From Leucoraja ocellata (Eukaryota): 64,000 nucleotides of DNA. Positions within the stretch are counted from its first letter, which is position 1; every line of letters begins with the position of its first letter. Shown piece after piece: positions 51,030 to 64,000 of the stretch. The stretch spans positions 372,001-436,000 of the forward strand of contig JAWMAR010000009.1 in the NCBI GenBank assembly GCA_036785375.1. Direction: 5' to 3'. The notes beneath the pieces were generated by a model, which made no database searches, was not told the DNA's origin, and saw nothing but the letters and a program-made list of their open reading frames with translations. A program made the translations under genes and the position numbers.

Positions 51030-52130
51030 ATATTTTTTACACAGGGTGGGTGAATGGTGAATGTCAGGAACGTGCTGGCAAGGATGGTGGTAAATGCAGA
51101 TACGATTGTGGCATTTAAGAGGGGCAGCACAGTGGCGCAGTTGTAGACAGTGGACACTAGGTGCAGGAGTAGGCCATTCGGCCTTTCAAGTCAGCACCGC
51201 CATTCACTGTGATCATGGCTGATCATCCACAATCAGTACACCGTTCCTGCCTTCTCCCCATATCCCTTGACTCTGCTATTTTTAAGATCTCTATCTAACT
51301 CTCTCTTGAAAGCATCCAGAGAATTGGCCTCCATTGCCTTCTGAGGCAGAGAATTCCATAGATTCACAACTCTCAGGTAAAAAAGTTTTTCCTCATCTCC
51401 ATTCTAAATGGCCTACCCCTCATTCTTAAACTGTGGCCCCTGGTTCTGGACTCTCCCAACATCATGAACATGTTTCCTGCCTCCAGCGTGGCCAATCCCT
51501 TAATAATCTTATATGTTTCAATAAGATCTCCTCTCATCCTTCTAAATTCCAGTGTATACAAGCCCAGTCGCTCCATTCCTTCAACATATGACAATCCCGC
51601 CATCCCGAGAATTAACCTCATGAATATACGCTGCACTCCCTCAAGTTGCTGTCTTACAGCGCCAGAGACCCAGGTTCAATTCTATCTGTGGGTGCTATCT
51701 GTACAGAGTTTGTACATTCCCCCTGTGACCGTGTGGTTTTTTTACCGGATGTTCTGGTTTTCTTCAACATTCCAAAAAAAAAACAGTTTTAGTTTAATTT
51801 AGAGATACAACCAAAACCAGGCCACAACTCTACCGCTGTGCCACCGTGCTGCCATACATGTTTGTCGATTAATTGACTTCTGTAAACAAAAATGTAAATT
51901 GTGTCCAGTGTGTAGGATAATGCTAGTGTACGGTGTGATCACTGGTCGGCGGGGAGTCAGTGGGTTGAAGGGCCTGTTTCCACAATCTCTAAAGTCTAAA
52001 CAGGCTTTTCGATAGGCACATGGATATGCAGGAAATGGAGGGATTATGTGCAGGCAGATAAAAGTTTAGCACAGACATTGTGGGCAGAAGGGTCTGTTCC
52101 TACACTGTACCGTTTTATGTTCTATAGTCT
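51030..52130. mobile_element. Nested cluster: CR1 3' end (+) containing an HE1-like SINE (+, ~51121-52000), which contains a CR1 fragment (-, ~51148-51640) and a mini-SINE (-, ~51787-51853)
   Basis: ORF 51373-51636 RLGLYTLEFRRMRGDLIETYKII...SRTRGHSL (CR1); SINE head is split at ~51147 and resumes at ~51645; outer CR1 resumes at ~52002. Confidence 0.8.
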
Positions 52131-54129
52131 AAATGTAGACTGTTTCATCCTATCATCTTGGAAGAAAGATAATTTCTTCCAGAAATCTTAGGGATTCACC
52201 TTGAATTCATGCATGTCATTCATACAATTAAAATTCATTGTTAATTGCAACAATAAGTATGAATATTGACTTTCATGTGCATAAATAACACTGACTGCCG
52301 CTGCATTGCAGCAAATGTGAATGGAAGTGGGACACTTATTGTTATTTTCATTTGTGCATTTCTCTTCCTTTCTTCATTTCTGAGAATGGTATTTGAAGGA
52401 GTTGTATTATCTCTGAATCATTTAATGTTATTTTCTCAAAGACTGTGCAATGCACGTGCAGTATTCTGGCACTAAAATTGTCAGCATCACTCAGCTAGAA
52501 TGAAAGCAATTGTTTTGGGGCAGGCCACAAAGAAAACATTGAGTGTGAATGACCGTCAGCCATGTGTAGGAAAACCAAAACACAAAGAAAATAGAAAACT
52601 CAAAATGAATGACAATACATAATAAGACATGGAATCATTTAAAAAGAGAACAGAGAAAATAAATAAAATAAATGGGACAGAAAATATTGAGAGCAGAGTG
52701 ATAGAACTATCTGTTTAGAGGAATGAGAATCCATTCACAGAGTGGTTTGTTTTTTGAATAGTTCTGGCCCTAGGTCAGAGTCTGACTGAAAAGGGAGATA
52801 AGATATAATGCTTGATGATCTTACCGTATTGTACAGCTCCTTCAAATGCCATTTTCAGAGTGCAAAGGAAATGTACAAAAAAAAAAGAAGAAAAGACAAC
52901 AGAAAGGATGATAAGAAGTAGAAGAAAAGAATATTGCATTAGATTAATTTAGGATTTAAAGGACATTCCCTGGAGTGATTCAACAGATTCAAATTTTTAC
53001 TTCCAGTCACATTTATTTTCTTGGTGTGAAGCGACACCTCAGATTACTGACTCCCACAGGATAGTATCCAAGTACATTTGAGACATGCATGGAAACCTCA
53101 CAGCCAGACCGACCCTGTTATTGACAGCCTGTGTACTACTAGGCACTCGGTGACTAATTGTGAGGCTGCGTTTTTTATTCTAAAGAGTGGAGAATTGAAA
53201 CAACATCCCCCGTCAGTAAAGCAGATGGATGCTATGGGATATTGTTTGTAATTGCCTGGTGCTAACTGAACTGGGCCCTATTCCTGACAACTACATCAAG
53301 TGATTTGAATAGGTTGTCAAATTGTCTTTGAGGAAGATAGATCTGAATTGAAAACAAATGCATAGCAAAATGATTTGAATTTGCCTTTAAACAAATTATT
53401 TCAACAATGGCTCTATTTCATGTAAACCAGCAAGTTCAAATGAAGGCCATGTTTCAATGGTTTATTTACTGAGAATGAACTCGAGTTCCAGACCAGGCCA
53501 TTTGCCTTTCAATTCGTTAATGATTCTGGGAGGGTCTATTGTAGGAAAAATAAGTGGAGGTCCCACAAGAGGATGCAGTGATAGAGTTCATGACTCACAG
53601 TACTGTACAGGGTTAATTTGTTGAACACAATGATTGCCCTGTTATTTCTATCTGCAGGGTTCTTGGATGTGCACTGACCTGTCTGTCAAGAGTAGTGGTG
53701 TTAGAAATGATTGTACACCAGTCCATGGTTACATATGACCATTATTTTCCACAGCAGGCTGTAAGTACTCAATTATTTTGCGATATTGTATAATAATTCT
53801 TTAACCTCCTTGAACCTTACAAAATGCTAAACAACACGGCTCAGAATATTGGGCAAGCAATGGTGATTTTTTACTGCTAAGCAGTCTCTGAAGTATAGGA
53901 GGTTAGAAGCCATGTTGGTAAAGGCCAAAATAAAATCATTGTGCACTCTTGATGACTCAAATGGGAGTTAGACCCATTGCTTATGCAGGTAAAAGACCCC
54001 TGCCTGAAGGATGCACATTGGTTGGAGTGCTGAGACGCAGGGATAGTTCCTACACTCGGCAATGATGTATTTTGGGGGCTCTGGAAAGATTAGAGAAAAA
54101 AATCAAATTATATTAAATTATAAAGATAT

Positions 54130-54540
54130 TAGTCATTAGTTTATTGTCACATGTACCCATGGACAGTGAAAAATGTTTGTTGCTTGCCAACCAGTCAACG
54201 GAAAGACATTACATGATTACAATCAAACCATCCTCAGTGTACAGATACGTGATAAAGGTAATATCATGAATAAAATTTAGTGCAAGATAAAGCCAGTGAA
54301 GTCCGATCAAAGACAGTCCGAGCGTCTCCAATTAGGTAGATAGTGGTTCAGGGCTGCTCTGTAGTTGTTGGTAGGATGGTTCAGTTGCCTGATAACAGCT
54401 GGGATTGTTGCCCTCAATGTGCAGGTGAGCGGTTTCACACTTTTGCCCGATGGGAGAGGGGAGAAGGGGGAATGACCAGGGTGTGACTCGTACTTGATTA
54501 TACTGGTTGCCTTGCCGAGGCAGCGTGAAGTGTAATGCAG
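54130..54540 (-). mobile_element. Rex1/Babar-type LINE 3' fragment
   Basis: Reverse-complement similarity to 49330-49720 (gccttgccgaggcagcgtga; tgcctgataacagctggg). Confidence 0.8.
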
Positions 54541-55184
54541 CAGCAGCTACTGTACATATAAGCAGCTTAGGCTTCAAGAATTAACAGTTTACACTTTAGA
54601 TTGATGGAAGTTGAGCAAATATCAATGAAGAATTTTTTTTAAGTTAGAAGAATTGAGCACATTCTGGTCAGAAGAAAATATTCGAAGGTTGAGTAAGGAT
54701 TGAAGTTTGTAGCTATGAATTGAGGCAGAAAAAAAGTTGCCTATGTTAGTATTATTAAGCTATGTGCATATATAAATTGGAGCTTATAGTGCTGTCTTTA
54801 ATGCTTGTAAATTGGGCACAAACTCCATGTTAATATATCATCTATTCAAGTCTCTATTACAGTCTGCCTATTTAAATGAAAATATCTGCAGATGTTGAAA
54901 ACCCAAAACAAAAAATGCTGGACATATTCAGCAGGTCAGCTGCAACAGTAGGAAGAGAAACATAATTCATGTTTCAATTTTAGGTCTGGCCTGCTGATTG
55001 TTTCCCGAAAAAGACACAAAATGCTGGAGTCAGGCAGTGGGTGAGGCAGCATCTCTGGAGAACATGGAGAGGTGACATTCCTGGTCAGGACCTTTCTTCA
55101 GACTGATTTGGACAACATTTCCAACATTATCTGCTGACTTAAAACTAACGTGGACATTTCAGCTTTCTTCTCGCAAGTACCCAT

Positions 55185-55458
55185 GGAGATTTCACGAAGG
55201 TAGCTTTAAGGTGAGAGGAGCATAATTTAAAGGAGATGTGCGAGCCCTGTTTTTCACGGTTTGCGGTGGGTGCCTGGAATGCGCAACCTGGGGTGATGGT
55301 TGAGACAGTCACGATAGTGGAATTTAAGTAGGCTTTTAGAGAGACATGTGGCTATGCAGGGAATGAAGGGATGTGGACCATGTGCAAGCAGGGGAGATTA
55401 GTTTAACCTGGCATCATTTTCAGTCCAAAATATTATGGGCCAAAGGCCTGTTCCTGGC
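55185..55458 (+). mobile_element. CR1-type LINE 3' end, degenerate
   Basis: agctttaaggtgagaggag...ggtgcctggaatgcg...gggccaaaggcctgttcct; similar block at 58250-58460. Confidence 0.7.
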
Positions 55459-55702
55459 CTATGTACGTATTTGTACCAGATGCCGATTCCTACTGCTCTC
55501 AGCACTTAATATCATGTTTCTTCATTTACATTTCTCCAATCACTCCACACCCACAGTGGAAACTGAGCTCATTTTCTTATTATGTCATGTAAGTCATAGA
55601 ACAAGGCCCGTCAGCCCACTGACCACCAAGTACCTATTTACGCTAATCTTAGTTTATTCTTCCCACTTCTCAGCAGCTCCTCCAGACTCCACTACTCACT
55701 CA

Positions 55703-55801
55703 CCGAAGATAGACAAAAAATGCTGGAGTAACTCAGCGGGAAAAGCAGCATCTCTGGAGAGAAAGGAATGGGTGACGTTTCGAGTTGGGACTCTTCTTCA
55801 G
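55703..55801 (-). mobile_element. Short Penelope-derived element with TSD and hammerhead core (55774-55801)
   Basis: Flanked by actactcactca / accactcactca; minus strand CTGAAGAAGAGTCCCAACTCGAAACGTC. Confidence 0.8.
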
Positions 55802-55943
55802 ACCACTCACTCATACATTAGGCACAATTTACAGTGGTCAATTAATCAATCCGGCCACACATATTTGGGGGTGTAAAAGGAAGCCAGAGGGAACACATAC
55901 AGTCACATTTTGAATTGTGCAAACTCAACCAGACAGGAACAGA

Positions 55944-56001
55944 AGGTACACAAAAATGCTGGAGAAACTCAGCGGGTGCAGCAGCATCTATGGAGCGAAG
56001 G
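55944..56001 (-). mobile_element. ~58-bp Penelope terminal fragment with 13-bp TSD
   Basis: agacaggaacaga at 55931-55943 and 56002-56014 around aggtacacaaaaatgctggagaaactcagcgggtgcagcagcatctatggagcgaagg. Confidence 0.8.
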
Positions 56002-57133
56002 AGACAGGAACAGAGTCAGGATTGAATCCGGGCCGGAGTTGTGAGGAAACAATTGCACCATAGTGCCAGTCCTCCAGGAAGATGACATTTTTTTACCTGG
56101 TTTTCCCTTCATCATTTCACAATTTCTGGAGATTTTTTTTCACTTTTTCCAAATAGGTAGTTATTTTTTCTAATTCTTAGTGTTATACATTATTACTGGT
56201 ATTCATAAGTTCATAAGATATAGGTGCAGAATTAGACCATTCGGCCCATCGTCTACTCCGCCATTCATTCCGTCATTCCATCCGCCATTCAATCATCTTT
56301 CCCTCTCAACCCCATTCTCCTGCCTTCTCCCCTAACCCTATACAGCTGTACAATTGTTTTTGAAAGCGTCTTTCAGACCTTACAAGATCCTGTCGTCTTA
56401 ATCAGAATGAGGGTTTGTATTTTGAATAAAACAGCTTGCCAGTATATTAAAGAGAGCTTGGTAATGCTGTTGCTATCAACCCGGCGTCCTCAATATCTCC
56501 CTATATGTTTTTGTAATATTATGATGCCTTTTCTGCCTGGTTATCTTTGACTGGTTATTTTCCACGTCTTACTAAAAGAGTTCCCCATTTATGCATTGTC
56601 TGATTGCAGCTGTGCTGCAGCTGATATATTATAAATGTTGCTCCTCAAGTTGTTCTATTTCAGCTTGTTGCTGGGTTTACTTCTCTAAGCTCACAGTGAC
56701 CACTTTGTTGTCAGCTCATTATCTTCTGTTGATTTTGTGAAATAAATGTTGTGGTTTTAAAAGACTTTGTAGTACATGCCATATTATACAAGCGTCTTCT
56801 TTTTTTCTTCTTGGAAAAGTCTTAAGTAACTTTAGAACCTTATATCAGACTTCACTATTTATTATTGTTCTCCAAAGGATAATTTATGAAAAATGGTACA
56901 TAGTTCTATAATGGTTTGTAGTTATATGAAACCACTATAACTCTGGATGAAAGATTTTGCTCTTTAATATAGTAAAAGTTGAAAATTGGTGGGCAAAGTC
57001 CATGACCAAGTTTATTACCAGAGCTCGAGTCTCAGCAGAATTAAAATTATTTTTAAATATTTGTCACTTACTTTAAATAGGTAGGTTTGATTTTTTTCAA
57101 ATTCACAGTACTGGGCAGTACCTACATCAGTGA

Positions 57134-57317
57134 TAGACACAACATGCTGGAGTAACTCGGCGGGACATGCAGCATCTCTGGAGAGAAGGAATTAGTGGCG
57201 TTTCGGGTCAAGACCCATTCCCATTCCTTCTCTCCAGAGATGCTGCCTGTCCCACGGAGTTACTCCAGCATTTTGTGTCTATGTTTGGTTTAAACTAACA
57301 TCTGCAATTCCTTCATT
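57134..57317. mobile_element. Fold-back Penelope-derived element with ~13-bp TSD
   Basis: Inverted arms; cctacatcagtga (57121) / cctacttcagtga (57318). Confidence 0.8.
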
Positions 57318-58164
57318 CCTACTTCAGTGACATGCACATTGAATCTAAGCCAATTGTAGGCTGATATTTTAGCGAGACATTAAACTAAGACCTTATCTCG
57401 ACTCACGGGTAAAAGACTTCAACAGCTGTTATGCCAGAAGAGATAGTTCCGCTTGTTTCAAACAAAGCTGATTAGCAGAAAAACACTACACAACTTGCCA
57501 CAGGAACTCAGCTGGTCAGGCGATATCTGTGAAGAGAATGGACTGATGACTGTTCGGGTCGGAACCCGTCTTCAGAGTAGGAGAGTACATTGAGTTACCA
57601 TGGGTTCACGTGATGTTCCAGTATAAACTGAATGGACAGAAACTGTAATAATTTCCCAAGCGTTAATGCAAGTTATGTCTGCTTTCGTTCTGAGGGATTG
57701 AATGGGACTCATTCTATCTGTCAGATGGCGTGAGTGCAGCCCTTGAAGGGTGCCAGGGATGAAAATATCCCTGTGTCTCCTACACATCATATTACATGGG
57801 GAGGGTGAGGGAACTGAAATATGCGGCAAAAGGCTATCTTCATCATTAAACGAAAAGGATGGCTTCATGATGGAACAAGATTGTGCTGGTTTGTTTTGAC
57901 TACTACACCAAAGACAGTTTTTTATCTCCTGTAATCACAGGATTTTTAACACTAAGTTCCCACACTAAATTATAAGATTCATATTAGGGAGAGAATATTT
58001 TTCTTTTAACTTTGCAGGAAATTACGAAACATTATTAAAGCCAGAATCCATTTGACACCAAAGGATAAGAATTTCAGCCAGGAGGGTCAGAGGTGTAGCA
58101 CCATCCTGGTTTCCTCGAGGAGATGAAGGAACAATGTTTGGAATGGTCAATGTATTCCCAGAGC

Positions 58165-58252
58165 GAGGACAGAGAGAGAAAGAGAGAGAGATAGAGAGAG
58201 AGTGAAAAAGAGAGAGAAAGCGAGAGAGAGAAAAAAGAGAGAGAGAGCGAGA
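58165..58252. repeat. Imperfect (GA)n microsatellite / purine tract
   Basis: agagagagaaagagagagagatagagagag... seen directly. Confidence 0.9.
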
Positions 58253-60351
58253 TGGTGCCTGGAATGCTTAGCAAGGCTGGTGGTGGAGACAGATACGATA
58301 GTGTTTTTAAAAGGCTTTTAGATGGGCACATGGATATGCTGGTGTGGGGGGATATGGATCATGTGCAGGCAGAGAAGATTAGTTTATCTTGGCATTGTGT
58401 GAGGCACAGGCAATATGGGCTGAAGGGCCTGTTCCTGTGTTGTACTGTTCTATGTTCTGTTTTCCTTGATTTCCCATGGGAAGGTGATGGTGAGCCTAAT
58501 TGCTGCAGACTTGCTGGTGACGACACACCCACCGGGTAGGGAGTTTTGAGATTTGGATCCAGTTACGAAGAAGGGATGATGTATTTCCAAGTCATGACAG
58601 TGTCCGACTTGAATGGAAATCTGCAAGTGACTTTGTTTCCAAGCTGCTGAAACTCTTGCCCTTCCTAGTGGCAGGTGCCATGGGATGGGAAGTCCTATCA
58701 GAGGTCCTGCTTTCCTGCATTTCTGCCCATTTTTGGGCTGTGGCTGGCCCACTGCAGAATGCGTAGCCAATGTGCGCTCATTTATAGAATCTATTAGATC
58801 GCTGGAATGTGGGAGAGGACCAACAGCAGAGTAGAGCAACGGGTAGCACATCCTCCCCACGACTATTCCACCATCCCACGTGGGATTCGCGCATTCACTA
58901 ATGTTACTATGGGAATCCGGTGTCATGCGACCATCTTAATGGCAACATCCGCAATTCATGTAATAACAAGGAACTGCAGATGCTGGTTTATACCAAAGAA
59001 AGACACAAACTGCTGGAGTAACTTAGCCGTGTCAGGCAGCATGTCTGGAGAATATGGATAGCTGACCTTTTCGGCCGGGACCCTTCTCCAGACTGGGGGT
59101 GGGGGGGGAGGGGGGGAGGGGTAGTGCAGGGAAGAAAACTGGAAGAGGAGGACAGAGCATGGGCAGTAATAGGTGAACGTATGCAGGGCATTTTGTGTCT
59201 TTCTACAATTCATTGCTGTTTTGCTCCATTTTATTCTTGCCTTGTCATTTAGAAATGATACACACTGGCAGCTATACTTCCTGTTGGTATAGATACTGCC
59301 TGCGAATGCAAGATTAAACGGCAGCAGCTGATGAAAATATGACACCCCTCCCTGACAGTCAGAAAGACACATGATAAATGATAAAGCTCTTTACTTGAAA
59401 TTTTGAAGGGGGTCAGAGAGTTCAGAGGTTCGAGGGATTGGAGAGTTCAGCAGTGGTCGGAATTTGGGAGTTCGGAGTGTGGGGCATTGGAATCACAGTC
59501 TGGAGGGATCAGTGGTGACGGGTGAATTGTCACCATTGCAAAGAACATGGTCTGAAGAGGACAGTTATAAAACTTCAGTCTTGTTGGCTATAGGATTAGA
59601 CTGAGTAATTATGGAGTCTTTCGTGGCATCTTGATTAAAAGAAGCACAGCTCAGAGATGATGTACCAAGACCTTGACATTACTGAGCAAAATATAAAGTG
59701 CTGGAGGAACTCAACGGGTCTGGCAGCAACTATGGAGGGAAATGGACTGTCGACATTTCAGGTCGGGATCTTTCTTCAGGAACAATCCTGACCCAAAATG
59801 TCGTCTGTTCATTCCTCCGCAAATGCTTCCTGACCTGCTGGGTTGTTCCAGCACTTTGTGATGTGTTCAAGATTCCAGCATCCGCAGCTCCTTGTGTATC
59901 AATGACGTTACTGTTCAGCCATTGCAAAACATTGGTGGGTGAGAGAGGACTGGCAGTACGGAGTCCTGAAGTAAGTTGTTACTTTGCATGTCTGATTGAG
60001 GCTGGGATTAGGAAGGAATGGTTTCAGTTGGTGTTTACCATCTCCTGGTTATTGGGGGATGGGAGGACAGGTAGAGATTGAGGCCTCTTTCGGAACATGA
60101 AAAGATCTGATGGCTTGGCCCTAAGCATAGTCGGATATTGGGAAATGAGAGAGTTTGGATTTGTTGGGAAATTTGGGGCTTCGGAGGTTCAGAGAGTTTA
60201 GTGTTGGCTAAAACCAACAATGTTCCTTGGGGGAGCTGATTAAAGGGAAGGGGAAGGACCAGGGTTTGTTAGGGGAGAGTGACCCTGTGGGCGCCATGCA
60301 AAGTTACTGTGGCCTAAATGGTTAAATGTTAGAAATGATAGAATCAAACTT

Positions 60352-60480
60352 GGGGCGGCACAGTGGCGCAGTAGTAGAGGTGCTGCCTTACAGCGCCAGA
60401 GACTCGGGTTCGATCCTGACTACGGATGCTGTCTGTGCAAAGCTTGAACGCTCTCCCCGTTACAACGTGGGTTTTCCAGG
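60352..60480 (+). mobile_element. HE1-like SINE 5' (tRNA-derived head) fragment
   Basis: gggcggcacagtggcgcagtagtagag..gctgccttacagcgccagagactcgggttcgatcctgac. Confidence 0.8.
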
Positions 60481-63400
60481 GAGCGCAATGTTCATTTATA
60501 GAGTTTGAAATGTTTGCTTGCACAAATCATGAAAATGAATTAAACCTCCCCACCTATTTTAATCCAGATATAATTAAGGAACAGATAGGCCTCATTAAAA
60601 TTTAGTGCCTTGATGTCATCATATCAATGCATATTAAAAGGAAATATGTTTTGCTGCAAACTATATGTATATGTTCAAAGTTTTGTTTATTTTACAAATA
60701 CTTGTTAAGATTACTATTCCTACAGGATAATCTTGAGTTTCTGGGAATTTAAATAATTATCCTGGTCACTGCAATGAGAAAATCAGGAGAAAAAATTATC
60801 GGGCATGAAATTGTTTTTAATTTACTTTCAACATTTGATAATATATAATGACATTAGAATAAAACGTTTGGAAATTCTCAGCAGGTCATTCGGCCTCTAT
60901 GGTGTGAGGAGCCAACTTAATGTTTCAGTCAATAACTCTTCATCCAAACTGTACAAAAAATAGGGATAACACATATGTTAAGATTGAGAGAAAGAGGAGC
61001 TGTGAGAATACAGGGAAGACCACTGTGGAGGGCAAGGCATGGAGAATCAAATGACAAATGTGCAGTGTAAAAAAAAGATGTTCAAGAGATTAGTGGAATA
61101 CAAAAGAATGGTGTGTGGGAGATTTAAATGGGAAAAGCAGAATCATCTAAAATTACTGGAAGAAAGATAAAGTGCAAATGCAAGAAATGCATGCGCTGCA
61201 AGAATAATATTGGAGATGGGAAAGGAAAGGCTCTTTGACTGGAAGGGATGTTAAACATAGGAGGTCACAAGTGGCAAAACCTCTGGGGATACATCTGACC
61301 AGATTGGGCAACCTGGAAGCAGTAGATATACGGCATGTATTGTTAACGTCTTTTGTGTCTTATAATGTAGAGAACAAAGAACCAAAATAACTATGCATAA
61401 CTTTCCTCAAAGTACCAGGAATGTGAGTATCTGCACATAAAACGTGAAATTAAACCTATAAAATAATTTTGAATGCATTAATTTAAATAATTCAGTTTTC
61501 ACACGGAGAAAGGTTCTAAGTGACCTCAATGAGCATTTATGACCAGAGGGTCGGTAAACTGGAGAACATCTAAACGATCCATTGATGTTTCACATAACCA
61601 TAAGGCAAGCAGCAGGTTCAATGTATACAGTAGATTGTTCCATTGAAAGGGAAGATGGGGTTTTGTGAAAAATCCTATATAAATAAACCCTTGTGAAATT
61701 AAGGAAGACCTTCTGTAAACAGTAATAAGAAAAAAAACTGAAAGGTATCTGTTGTACCAATCACTGTGATGTGCATTTTCATTTATTTTTTCATTTGCCT
61801 TCATCAAATGTGAAATATTAATAAAACGCATGTATCTGCAGATACATTTATTTCTGCAGGAACAAGGCTTTCTCTCCTCCTGTGCTCCCTGCAATAACAT
61901 TTCCATTCAGGGAGCTCTCGGTAGTTTCTTCAATGCTCAGCATTTCTTTATTTTGGAGCTTTTCAAAATACACACACCACCCAAGATACTGTGATAGAGA
62001 ACAAGTTTAAACCAGTTTGGGTGATTAACAGAACATGTGGCTGACCTATAAAGCAGCCAGACTGAATATAACAATCTCTAGTCTGTGCACTATACAATTA
62101 TGCCAAAATCATTACTTTACCCCAAAATAATAACTAATTGAATGTTCTCTTTACATGATGTCCCTTTGTCTATCCAGCACCATGCCTAATGCTTCTCTCA
62201 ATGGTTGTTATGGCTTATCAGTTTGACAGCATATGAATAAGAAAGCATCACCTTGTAATTATTTTCTGTTTGCAAACAATAATTTTTATTTCGATTTTTA
62301 TTAATGTGCAATTACTCAGATTTAATGCAATGATATTTCAGATTACAATACGTTACAGAAAGACATTATTGTCAGATACCAGGCCACAGTTTTACACAGG
62401 CAGGGTCATGGGGACAGCATTAGTGAGGCAAGGGGCAGCTACCCTTGAAGACAGACAGACTGTCTTCCAGCTGCCTGGAGAAGAAAGGGACAAGTGGAGA
62501 AGGGGGCAGGGTGGCCATTCAAACCTTGTCAATCAATTATGAAACTCTTTGTCTGCATTGTCTGCTAGATTCAGTGTCATTAGTTCAAATGTGTAGTGTG
62601 GCATCAATAGTTTTCTGAAGGTTTTACTTGAACAAACTGACCACACGTGACACCCAGTAAGTGTTACTGTACAAAATAATTCAAGTGACATGCAGATAAT
62701 GGATGGTTCAGTAAATCTTTCAAAAAAAATTCTGCTAAACTATGTATTTTAGAAAAAATAATAGTAAGATGCTAAATATTTTCTGGAAGTTGTCCCACTT
62801 TCCTGTATGAAAACATCAATAGCTTATCCATAAACACCAGTCTTCTGCCCAGAATAATTAAATATATGCTGTTATATTGGGGGGAAATTAAGCTGGTGGC
62901 CCTGCATCTGTCATCACTGTTTAAAATCAGATAATGCAGCATAAATCATAGATCACCATGTTGGACCCAGTTTTTCAAAATAATCCAGTTCCCCCCTGAT
63001 CTAATTGAACCACGAAGATTATGGAAAGATCTCAGAAAATTGAGTTGTTAAATTGCTTTGTATGGTGAAACTTCAAAAACAAGTGATACGTGAGAAAGAA
63101 TTTTGAAAGCGGATGGCCAAAACAGTGGAATTTAACTCAGAGGAAGCAAATATCAAACAGCGGTGAATTAAGCAGTCAACACCTTGAATATTGTCCAATT
63201 CTAGCTGGAAGGAAACAAGGGGGACATTGAACATATTCACATGCTGCAAGTACCAAGAGAATGATCTGCTGTGTCTGTGATCCGAGTTGTGAGAAAAACA
63301 AAATAAATTTAGGATAAAATGTTCATCTTCGGTCTCTGATTCTAAAATGACTTGCATTTAAAATATAATTTCTGTGGACAATGTGCAGCTATTAATCATT

Positions 63401-64000
63401 TGTAAAGGAGGGAAGGAGATCAAGAAGATTTTGGTTAATAGCAAATGGTATGAAGAGGAGTAATCGGGGGCAACTTTAGATTAAACTGGAAGTAAGAGGA
63501 GGATTATAGTTTTATGTTTAGGCCTGATATGATCAAGATCTTTCTCATAGAGGTTGATAACGTTGGAATGGACTTTGATGGATTGATGATATTGCCAGGG
63601 AAAGAAAACATGGAATACTTTAGTAAAGAACAAGATGCAGTGATGGATTCAGCAAAAATCATGTGAGATAACAAAAAGGCCAGACATAGGTCTGATGATC
63701 TTGTGGAATTACAAGAACATTCTGTCATTTTTCAATCCGAGATTAATGGTTCAGGAATACATCACCTACAGAGTAGGTGTTAAAGCAGCCTTATGTATGA
63801 GTTTCAAAAGACAGTTTGTTGGATTTTTGAAGGAAGTAGGATTTATGTGATGCAATACGAAGTTAGTGGAGGTGTTACTCTTTGAAAAAAGGTTTGACTC
63901 CATTGTTTCTGAAAATTATTATGCTTTAACCAACGAAGACATCCATAGGACCACCAAGATTTTTTATAAATTCTGCTGGGTTGTTTTACAGAAGAGGATG

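Noticed and set aside
46300-64000. Coding exons of an expected neighbour such as KAT7
   Set aside because: No recognisable MYST, zinc-finger or other host-protein sequence found in any frame I examined

Overview
Eukaryotic vertebrate genomic DNA. The repeat landscape (HE1-like tRNA SINEs, CR1 3' tails, abundant Penelope-derived elements) suggests a cartilaginous fish, probably a skate or ray (inference). The window holds one complete protein-coding gene on the minus strand, FAM117A (GLCCI1/FAM117 family). It has 8 coding exons (45539-45203, 35132-34984, 18296-18207, 15494-15378, 14683-14540, 12112-11893, 9561-9441, 7736-7376) that join in phase into a 1539-nt CDS (512 aa), with one GC-AG intron, a probable ~4-kb 3'UTR and a CpG-island promoter containing a 39-bp G-rich minisatellite. 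The rest is intron or intergenic DNA with fragments of Rex1/Babar, L2, CR1, RTE, an RLE-type (HERO-like) LINE, Penelope-like elements, SINEs and a decayed Myb/SANT remnant. The most interesting signals are RNA-structural: many hammerhead-ribozyme cores in short, TSD-flanked, often fold-back Penelope-derived elements, and a kink-turn plus pseudoknot module in the 3'UTR of the RLE retrotransposon. Repeat boundaries are approximate, family names come from recognising motifs by eye, and no searches or folding computations were run.
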